From Eledone cirrhosa (taxonomy: Eukaryota), in contig OZ024757.1 in NCBI GenBank assembly GCA_964016885.1, positions 23,808,001-23,872,000 of the forward strand: a stretch of 64,000 bases of DNA, in the 5' to 3' direction. This document shows, in pieces, positions 54,074-64,000 of the stretch (its first letter is position 1; each line of letters opens with the position of its first letter). Both the position numbers and the translations under genes were made by a program. The notes under the pieces are model-generated. The model was not told where the DNA came from, ran no database searches, and saw only the letters and a program-made list of their open reading frames with translations.

Positions 54074-55496
54074 TTAATGTCTATTTTCCCTGCTGAGGCA
54101 GGGAATTGGCAGAGTTGTTAGAACATTGGATAGAATGGTATTTGTTTCTTTCCTCTCTCTGAGTTTAAATGTCGCTCAGGTCAGCTTTGCCATTCATTTT
54201 TTTTTAGCTTGATAAAAGAAAGTTCCAGTGAAGTCAATGTTTTCTCACTTCTTTACCTCTCTCCTTCTATGGAAGAAATAGGCTGTGTTCCAACCTGGAG
54301 AGTGGATGGGCTCTGCCAGCTTAAAATAATGTTCAAGAAATGCTGTATGACACTATAGTGGCCCTTTGACTCCACCAGGGGTTATGGATTCATACATACT
54401 TCCCTGCTTCACAGACCAATAGAATACTCAAGCAAAGCTACTGACCCCTTTGATGGACGACCCAGTGCTTTACATGTCACTTGCATATGTTCCTGTCCTC
54501 TACCAAGTGTATTTTATCTGGGCACCAACACTAGAGAGGTTGTCATATCTTTGGTCAGACTCTCTGATTGTCAACCATTTTATATATGTATCTATAATTC
54601 TATTTTATCTTTCTGTCTACAGAAACCTGTAAAACACACACACATATATATATACATATAATCATTATCATTTTATGTTTGCTGTTACATGCTTGTACAG
54701 TTTAAGTCTGTCTAAAACTAAAGGTTCATTAGGCTAGTGCTTATCTCCGGTTTCGTTGGTGCTAAATGACTAAAAGTACAAGACTCTCCCTGGACAAGAT
54801 GCTGGTCTATCATAGGTTTAATTCTCCATGGTACTCATCTCAGCTGAGTGTACTGCTGGAACAATGTGAAATAAAGTGTCTTGCTGAAGAACACAACACA
54901 GGAATCAAACCGAAGACATTATAATCATATATCAAGAATCCTAACCATTAAGCTATATGGCTTCACTTGCACAGTTTGGATTGGGCTTTTTCAGCCCAGC
55001 ATTCCTCCACTCATTGTGGATCTTTGTCATCTCCACTGTGAACTTCAGGGATTTGAGATCAGCTCTCACCAACTCTGCCCAGGTTTTCCTTGGTCTTCCA
55101 CTACTGCAGCTTCCTTCCACTGGGATTTCTTGGCACCTCGTCACCTAGCGATCATCATCCATGCACTTCCAACACAGTCTCCTCTCCTGCACACTACATC
55201 TGATTCCTCTTATACCCAGCTTTTCTCTCAGTTCATCCATGCTTTATCGTTCATGCATATTAACATCACATATCCAGTGACGCATGCTCGCTTAATTGTT
55301 CTCCAGCCTTTGTATATTCCCTGCATTCATTGACTATGTATCTCTATCATACAGCACCACACTTCGCATTCAGGCCTCAGTATCATCATCATCGTCATTT
55401 TACGTCCTTTGTTCCATGCTTGCATGGGTTAGACAGGTCCTTCTCAGTACAACATCTGTCCCTTATCTATAATTCTATTATATTTTCTCTCAACAG

Positions 55497-55637
55497 AAGT
55501 ACCTGGACAACATCCATTCTCAGTACAGTCCGAAGGAGCTGAGTTACTTTGAATTAAACCTGGAGACATGGCGCCAGCTGTGGAGAGTATTGGAAATGTC
55601 GGATATAATACTCCTAATCATAGACATAAGACATCCT
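55497..55637 (+). CDS. GNL1: GNL1 internal exon C (KYLDNIHSQYSPKELSYFELNLETWRQLWRVLEMSDIILLIIDIRHP)
   Basis: caacag| acceptor, |gtaagt donor, 141 bp. Has the family signature LSYFExNLETWRQLWRVLEMSD and DIRHP. Confidence 0.97.
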
Positions 55638-56194
55638 GTAAGTATTACTGGTATTGTTGTTGTTGTTTAGCCTTAGGACAGATGTAATAAGGCTGGGAAT
55701 TAGCAAAGTCATTAAGGCATCAGATTAAAAATGCCTCAGTATTTGTTAGGGTTAGGGTCACTGTACTATGAGTTCAAGTCCTGCTGAGGTCAACCTTGCC
55801 TTTCATCCTTTTGAGGTTGATAAAGTACCTGTCTAATACTGGGGTTGATTCTTTCTCGCCCTGCTCCTTCTTTTTCTAGAAGGAATTGGTCATGTTCACT
55901 ATACCTAAACTATGCCATGTGTCAGGACAGTGATCCCTACGACATCAAAATAGTAGATATAAAATATATAACAGTTGTAATAAATAGTCCTTAGCAAAAA
56001 CAGATGTCAACTCAGAACAGTGCTCCAGTTGGAAAAGGGCTGCTGTGCTTTAGCGGTAATTCCTGGGAAACTTCCACAGAAAACCCCAGTTTATTTTGTC
56101 ATCTCACAGGCAGTAAAGGGCCTTCTCAAGGTTTCTTTCCTCCTGCTTGGAAAAGCATAGTATAGTCAGAGTAGGCCCGTTCAGCCTTGCCAAT

Positions 56195-58015
56195 CTCACA
56201 TCAAGGGAATTGAAAGGCCCTGTTCTGGTTCCTTAATCGACTAGGCCTATTCAGCTTCATTAACCTTACTACTCTCACTCACCTGTCACACATCAAGGGT
56301 ATTGAAAGGTCTTCTCCTGGTTCCTTAGTCACAGTAGACCAGTTCAGCCTTCTTGTCAGTGTCACCACTCTCACTCACCTGTCACACATCAAGGGTACTG
56401 AAAGGTCTTCTCCTGGTTCCTTAGACATAGTAGACCAGTTCAGCCTTGTCAGTGTCACCACTCTCACTCACCTGTCACACATCAAGGGAATTGAAAGGTC
56501 CTCTCCTGGTTCCTTAGACATAGTAGACCAGTTCAGCCTTGTCAGTGTCACCACTCTCACTCACCTGTCACACATCAAGGGTATTGAAAGTGCCCTCTCT
56601 TGATTCCTTAGTCATAGTAGACCTATTCAGCTTCATTAATTTCACTGCTCTCACCCACCTGTCACACATGAAGGTCATTTAAAGTGTCCTCTCTTGATTC
56701 CTTAGTCATAGTAGACCTATTCAGCTTCATTAATTTCACTGCTCTCACTCACCTGTCACACATCAAGGTCATTTAAAGTGTCCTCTCTTGGTTCCTTAGT
56801 CATAGTAGACCTATTCAGCTTCATTAATTTCACTGCTCTCACCCACCTGTCACACATGAAGGTCATTTAAAGTGTCCTCTCTTGGTTCCTTAGTCATAGT
56901 AGACCTATTCAGCTTCATTAATTTCACTGCTCTCACCCACCTGTCACACATGAAGGTCATTTAAAGTGTCCTCTCTTGGTTCCTTAGTCATAGTAGACCT
57001 ATTCAGCTTCATTAATTTCACTGCTCTCACCCACCTGTCACACATGAAGGTCATTTAAAGTGTCCTCTCTTGGTTCCTTAGTCATAGTAGACCTATTCAG
57101 CTTCATTAATTTCACTGCTCTCACCCACCTGTCACACATGAAGGTCATTTAAAGTGTCCTCTCTTGATTCCTTAGTCATAGTAGACCTATTCAGCTTCAT
57201 TAATTTCACTGCTCTCACCCACCTGTCACACATGAAGGTCATTTAAAGTGTCCTCTCTTGGTTCCTTAGTCATAGTAGACCTATTCAGCTTCATTAATTT
57301 CACTGCTCTCACCCACCTGTCACACATGAAGGTCATTTAAAGTGTCCTCTCTTGATTCCTTAGTCATAGTAGACCTATTCAGCTTCATTAATTTCACTGC
57401 TCTCACTCACCTGTCACACATCAAGGTCATTTAAAGTGTCTTCTCTTGGTTCCTTAGTCATAGTAGACCTATTCAGCTTCATTAATTTCACTGCTCTCAC
57501 CCACCTGTCACACATCAAGGTCATTTAAAGTGTCCTCTCTTGGTTCCTTAGTCATAGTAGACCTATTCAGCTTCATTAATTTCACTGCTCTCACCCACCT
57601 GTCACACATGAAGGTCATTTAAAGTGTCCTCTCTTGGTTCCTTAGTCATAGTAGACCTATTCAGCTTCATTAATTTCACTGCTCTCACCCACCTGTCACA
57701 CATGAAGGTCATTTAAAGTGTCCTCTCTTGGTTCCTTAGTCATAGTAGACCTATTCAGCTTCATTAATTTCACTGCTCTCACCCACCTGTCACACATCAA
57801 GGTCATTTAAAGTGTCCTCTCTTGGTTCCTTAGTCATAGTAGACCTATTCAGCTTCATTAATTTCACTGCTCTCACCCACCTGTCACACATCAAGGTCAT
57901 TTAAAGTGTCCTCTCTTGGTTCCTTAGTCATAGTAGACCTATTCAGCTTCATTAATTTCACTGCTCTCACCCACCTGTCACACATCAAGGTCATTTAAAG
58001 TGCCCTCTCTTGGTT
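56195..58015. repeat. 94-bp tandem satellite (about 19 copies)
   Basis: cacctgtcacacat recurs at 94-bp spacing (e.g. 56844, 56938). The 5' copies are more diverged. Confidence 0.97.
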
Positions 58016-58839
58016 TCTTTCCATCTCCTTAGAAAATCATAGTCTGTGTAGGCCCAATACTACTTCCTTTTTCTTTGTTTAACTAAATATCAAATTTTTT
58101 ATTGTTTTTATGCTAAGACAATATGCATGTATTGTTATATTAAAAAACATAATTGGTTATGTCTTAGAAGCTGGTACTGTGTAGGTGGGGTTCATCATCA
58201 TTTAATGTCCATTTTTCCATTGGGTTAGATGGGTTGTCATTTTATAAGACAAGTCAAACCCAGAGACCAACTCCTGCTCGTACAGATCTGTATTTTGGCT
58301 TTGTCTATGATTCGATGCCTTCCTAACACCAACCACATTACTGTTTAGACTGGGTGCTTTTTATCGTGTCACTAACATGACCACCTTATAGGGTGGACTT
58401 TGTGCTTTTTATTGTGTCACCAGCACAACCACCTTACAGGGTGGACTGAGTGGTTTTGTTGTGTCACCAACATGACCAGCTGGGGTTATAAATATCAAAG
58501 TTAGTCCCAACTCCAATATGAGCCACACAGGCATAAAAAGGTCCTCTGTTATATTATCCAGGGTTTCCACTGGATCTTTCGATAATGGATGGTACATCTG
58601 AAATATATTAGGACTAATAAATATTTCCATGGTAACATTATCTCTAAGTATTGGTTTTTTTCCTCTTCTCCACTCAACCTCACCCCAACTCTCATTCCTC
58701 ACCTGATTTTGTCACCTCAATATGTACAGTCACACCTGCATTGTAGTGGCTTTCAAGATATAACCACTTTTCATATCCTACAATGCTTCAAGCAAACTAC
58801 ATCACTCTCTTAATTAATAGTAATACTGCTGTTTATAGT

Positions 58840-59310
58840 TGTTGCTCCATTTTATCGCTGTTGCCCCACTTTTTCACTGTTGCCCCACTTTTTCACTATT
58901 GCCCCACTTTTTCACTGTTGCCCCATTTTTTCACTGTTGCCCCATTTTTTCACTGTAACTCCATTTTATCACTGTTGTCCCGTTTCATCACTGTTGCCCC
59001 GTTTCATCACTGTTGTCCCATTTTATCACTGTTGCCCCGTTTCATCACTGTTGACCCGTCTTATCACTGTTGACCCGTCTTATCAATGTTGACCCGTCTT
59101 ATCACTGTTGACCCGTCTTATCACTGTTGACCCGTCTTATCACTGTTTCCCCATTTTATCACTGTTGTTCCATTATTTCCCTGTTTCCCCAGTTTATCAC
59201 TGTTTCCCCATTTTATCACTGTTGCTCCATTTTTTCCCTGCACCCTGTTTTATCAATGTTACCCTGTTTTATTGTTATTGCCCTATCTTATCACTGTTGC
59301 CCTGTTTTAT
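58840..59310. repeat. About 20-22-bp minisatellite (ttatcactgttgccc...) upstream of GNL1 exon D
   Basis: Read directly. Confidence 0.9.
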
Positions 59311-59331
59311 ATGATGTTGTCCTTCCTACAG

Positions 59332-59551
59332 GCTGTTCACCTCTCACCAGCATTATACGACCATGTTATAGACGACTTAGGAAAATCTTTAATCCTGATC
59401 CTAAACAAGTTTGATCTTGTTCCCCCAGCCCTTGTTATTGCATGGAAACACTATTTCCAGGAGAAATTCCCCAAATTACACATTGTCTGTTTCTCATCGT
59501 TTCCAAATGGAAAAGATAACACAAAATTTCAAACAGCGGACCCTGGCAAAG
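59332..59551 (+). CDS. GNL1: GNL1 internal exon D (AVHLSPALYDHV...LILNKFDLVPPALVIAWKHYF...DPGK)
   Basis: ctacag| acceptor, |gtaggg donor. NKFD is the G4 NKxD motif, N-terminal as expected for circularly permuted GTPases. PPALVxAWKHYF matches GNL1. Confidence 0.95.
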
Positions 59552-60824
59552 GTAGGGCAGCACATTTTCATTCATTTATTTATTTGTTTACTTTAAAAAT
59601 TTTTTTTAAATCTTATTTATTTTTTTCCATTTTCTTTAATTTTATTTATTCTTTAAAATGTTGTTTATTTAAAAAAATTATATATTTTGTTTATTTATTC
59701 ATTCATTTACCTTTTAAATTTTCTCATTTAATTTTATTTATTTTAAAAAAATTTTATTTTCTGAATTTAATTTTTTATTTTATTTTTAAAAAAATTATTT
59801 ATTTATTCATTTATTTTAATTTTGTTTAATTCTTTTTAATTTAATTAATTAATTTTATTTTATTTATTTGTTTGGATGAGGTTGTTGATGATTAACTATT
59901 AACATCCTGTAAAGATTTAATAGATTCCAAAGCAGGTTTGTTAATTCAGATGTTTATGGTATTGTTACTAGTGGACAGCTTGTGAAGATTTGTAGTATTA
60001 GAATAAAGACTTCAGTTTATGATACAGCAGTCATAGAGCAGTATCATTCTAAATGTCTATAGTATCTTTACTAGTGGACAGATCATTGTGAAGATTTGCA
60101 GTATCAAAGTAAAGAATTTAATTTTCAATATGATGCAGTCATAGTGTTGTGTTTTACTTTTCATGAATGTCTTGCTAATGTGGTTTCATGTGGTATAAGA
60201 TGTTAAGAGTTAACTCCCTTCTCTCCTCCCTCCAAAGTCAGCCCTGATCCAAGAAGCTCCTCATCAAAGGCCTTCCATCTTTGACCATCACATCCATATA
60301 TTTATTATTTGCATATATGGATGCTGTTGTTATTGATTGAACTGTTGGATCACTCATCCTCAAAACTGATGGAGGTTCAATTTTTACCACAAATGTCTGG
60401 TGGAATACTCAGCCACTTATATGTTAATTTATGAGCTGGACATTCAATTGGTCAAGCAACTGGTACACTCATCGCCAGAACCAACAGAACTCCCCCCCCC
60501 CCCCCCTCCCCATCCACCTCTTTTTTCTATCTCCAAAACCGGAAGACCCCCCTCTCCATTCTTCACCAGATCCAATAGAAAGTTCCCTTCTCTTCAGCTA
60601 AACCAACAGAAGATACCTCCCCTTCATTACCAGAACCAACAAAAGTTCCCCCCTCCACCAACACCTCTGTCTCCTCCATCACCAGAACCAACATACCCCC
60701 CCCCCCCCTCTACCCCACCTCCACATCATGAAGTTATATTTGATGATTAAATCCTGTTCAAATCTGGACCCTCATCAAATACTGTGTTGTTTTCTCTTCA
60801 CTTTTGTTAGATTAATATTTGATC

Positions 60825-62390
60825 TGCTCCTCCTCCATCTCCTCCCTCCACCACCACTACTCCTTCCTCCTCCATCTCCTCTCACCACCACCACTACTCC
60901 TTCCTCCTCCATCTCCTCTCACCACCACCATTACTCCTTCCTCCTCCATCTCCTCCCTCCACCACCACTACTCCTTCCTCCTCCATCTCCTCTCACCACC
61001 ACCACTACTCCTTCCTCCTCCATCTCCTCCCTCCACCACCACTACTCCTTCCTTCTCCATCTCCTCCCACCACCACTACTCCTTCAGCTCCTCCCTTTGC
61101 TACTGCCTCACTGTCTTTCCATATTGCTCCTGCCATTTACACCCCATTGTCTGTCATTCTATCACTCCTCCACCCTCCTTCCATAACTGTCTGTCTGTCA
61201 ATCACTCCTTATCCCCTCCTCCTCCACTCTGTTGCTCCTCCCATCACCACCTCCTTATTGTCCGTCCCTTTTTTTTTTTTTGCTCCTCCTACCATCTGCT
61301 CCAACTGTCAGTCATTCTCCCTCTCCTCTTGCCACTGCCTCTGTCTGTCAATCACTCCTCCTCATGCCACTGCCTCTGTCTGTCAATCACTCCTCCTCTT
61401 GCCACTGCCTCTGTCTGTCAATCACTCCTCCTCCTCTTGCCACTGCCTCTGTCTGTCAATCACTCCTCCTCTTGCCACTGCCCTCTTTACTGCCTGTCAT
61501 TCTATCACTGCCCTACCCACCACCACTGTGCCTATCTGTCAGTCTATCATTCCTTCTCATCACTGTCTGTATTACCCCCCTCCCGTCACCACTCCCACCA
61601 TCACCATTGCCTATCTGCCTGCCTGTCTGTCTGCCTGTGTCTGTCTGCCTGTCTGTCCGTCTGTCTGCCTGCCTGCCTGTCTTTTTGTCTGCCTGCCTAC
61701 CCGTCTGTCTGTCTGTCTGTGTCTGTCTGCCTGCCTGTCTGTCTGTGTTTGTCTGCCTGCCTGTGTCTGCCTGCCTGCCTGCCCGTCTGCCTGCCTGTCT
61801 GTCTGCCTGCCTACCCGTCTGTCTGTCTGTCTGTCTGCTTGTCTGCCTACCCGCCTGTTTGTCTGTCTGTGTCCGTCTGCCTGCCTGCCTACCCGCCTGT
61901 CTGTCTGCCTGCCTGTCTGTGTCTGTCTGCCTGTCTGTCTGTGTTTGTCTGTCTGTCTGTGTCTGCCTGCCCGTCTGTCTGCCTGCCTGCCTGCCTACCC
62001 GCCTGTCTGTCTGTGTCTGCCTGCCTGTCTGTCTGTCTGTGTCTGCCTGCCCGTCTGTCTGCCTGCCTGCCCGTCTGTCTGTCTGCCTGTCTGCCTACCC
62101 GCCTGTTTGTCTGTCTGTGTCCGTCTGCCTGCCTGCCTACCCGCCTGTCTGTCTGTGCCTGCCTGCCTGTCTGTGTCTGTCTGCCTGCCTGCCTGCCTGT
62201 CTGCCTGCCTGCCTGCCTGTCTGCCCGTCTGTCTGTCTGCCTGCCTACCCGTCTGTCTGTCTGCCTGTCTGCCTACCCGCCTGTTTGTCTGTCTGTGTCC
62301 GTCTGCCTGCCTGCCTACCCGCCTGTCTGTCTGTGTCTGCCTGCCTGCCTGTCTGTGTCTGTCTGCCTGTCTGTCTGTGTCTGCCTGTCC
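60825..62390. repeat. Pyrimidine-rich (CCT/CCA)n and (CTGT/CTGC)n tracts
   Basis: Read directly. Confidence 0.93.
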
Positions 62391-62519
62391 ATCCCTCTCT
62401 GATTTACTGTGATTGATCTTGCTAAGTTAACCAACATTGATTGCTCAAGTGAACAACAATTTCACCAGACACACAAAACCTGCCTGATAAATATTTATAC
62501 TATTATTGTTATCATTATT

Positions 62520-63420
62520 GATGATGGTGATAGTTGTGGTGGTGGGGATAATGATGATGATGATGGTTGTGGCGGTGGTAATGGTGGTGGTGGTAATGAT
62601 GGTAGTGATGGGGGGGGGGTTTGGGGGGGGGGTTAAGATGGTGGTGGTAATGGTAGTGATGGTGGTGGTGAGGGGGTTGTGATGATGGTGGTGGTGGGGT
62701 TGTGATGGTGGTGGTAATGATGGTAGTGATGGTGGCGGTAATGATGGTAGTGATGGTGGGGGGGGGGGTTGTGATGATGGTGGTGGTAATGGTAGTGATG
62801 GTGGTGGTGGCGGGGTTGTGGTGGTGGTAATGGTAGTGATGGTGGTGGTGGTGGTGGGGGTTGTGATGCTGGTTGTGATGGTGGTGGTTGTGGTGATGGT
62901 GGTGGTTATGGTAATGATGGTTGTGATGGTGGTGGTGATAGTGGTTATGGTGATTGGGATGGCGGTGGTAATGGGAGTTGTGACGGTGGTGATAGATGTG
63001 TGTTTGTAGTGATGGTGATGGTGATGATCGTGATAATGATAGATGGGTGTTTATAGTGATGGTGATGACAATGATGTTTGTTGGTGGCAATGATAGAATG
63101 GTGATTGTGATAGTAATGATGGTGGTGGTGGTGGTGATAATGATGGTGGTGTTGATGGCAATTAGCACCACCATCATCACCATCACCACCACCACCACCA
63201 TCACCACCACCATCATCACCACCACCACCACCACCACCATCACCACCACCACCATCATCACCACCACCATCACCACCATCATCACCATCACCACCACCAT
63301 CACTATCACCACCACCATCACCATCACCACCACCATCACCATCACCATCACCACCACCATCACCATCACCACCACCATCACCATCACCACCACCATCACC
63401 ACCATCACCACCACCACCAA
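62520..63420. repeat. (GGT/GAT)n tract followed by an (ACC/ATC)n tract
   Basis: Read directly; strand composition switches near 63165. Confidence 0.92.
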
Positions 63421-63789
63421 TAGCTGGATTGATATTTCCTTGGGTTTGGGGTTTTTTTTTTATTTTATTCTCTGCTAATGTTAAATCTATTTAGCTGTTG
63501 CTATTGACAACCAGCCTCCACAAGTTTTCTTTACTCAGAAACTATTATTACTATGGTGAAATCAGAATCGGTAGAGCATCGAACAAAAGGAATTTCTATG
63601 TTCTGAGTTCAAATTCTGCTTAAGTCTACTTTACCTTTCTAGGGTCAATAAAATAAAGTGCTAGTCATATTCTTGGGTTGGTTTAACTGACTTTCCCATC
63701 CCCACAAATTGCTGGTGGCCTTGTGCACTTGACCCTCTTTTAAAATCACGCAGACTGTGTTGGTTTGAACATGTGAACTGGGGGGGGGG

Positions 63790-64000
63790 GATACATTGAT
63801 GTACCAAGATTGTGGCCCCTGGTAGATGGGGAAGTGAGTGTCCATGTAAGACCTGGATGGTAGGGGGATACATCGATGTACTAATATTGTGGCCCCTGGT
63901 AGATGGGGAAGGGGGCACGCACATAAGACCTGGATGATGGGTGGATACATCGATGTACCAAGATTGTGGCCCCCGGTAGATGGGAAAAGCAGCGTCCACG
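63790..64000. repeat. 77-bp tandem repeat running off the window end
   Basis: gatacat recurs at 63790, 63867 and 63944. Confidence 0.85.

Noticed and set aside
59272-59829. 185-aa ORF as a stand-alone gene
   Set aside because: Only 59332-59551 matches GNL1; the flanks are minisatellite and AT-rich intron.
60819-62416. 394-527-aa Cys/Leu/Ser ORFs
   Set aside because: (CTGT/CTGC)n repeat translations in all three frames.

Overview
Eukaryotic, very repeat-rich genomic DNA. The microsatellite load and the SINE/RTE repertoire suggest an octopus or other coleoid cephalopod (inference). The only host gene is GNL1 (circularly permuted YlqF/YawG-family GTPase), seen as four internal + strand exons (12907-12994, 13431-13559, 55497-55637, 59332-59551) with GT-AG introns, one of about 41.9 kb. 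Everything else is intronic. It includes an apparently full-length antisense RTE-clade LINE (uninterrupted 1006-aa APE+RT ORF with a PHD-like finger, tandem 203-bp 5' monomers), two tRNA-derived SINE groups (Meta-like core with RTE tail; Nin/Deu-like core), fragments of CR1, L1/Tx1, RTE and Ingi/Vingi-like LINEs, TTAA-type MITEs, mariner-type MITE ends, Helitron 3' ends and several SINE-derived satellites. The most striking unexplained structure is a set of about 10 short non-coding elements, nearly all next to (TA)n tracts, that carry minimal type I hammerhead ribozyme motifs. Most are long fold-back hairpins with a one-sided tail containing a GAGTACTC-like palindrome, and two fold exactly at the ribozyme CUGA core. 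They resemble non-autonomous Penelope-like elements. Nearly all ORFs in the supplied track are translations of simple repeats.
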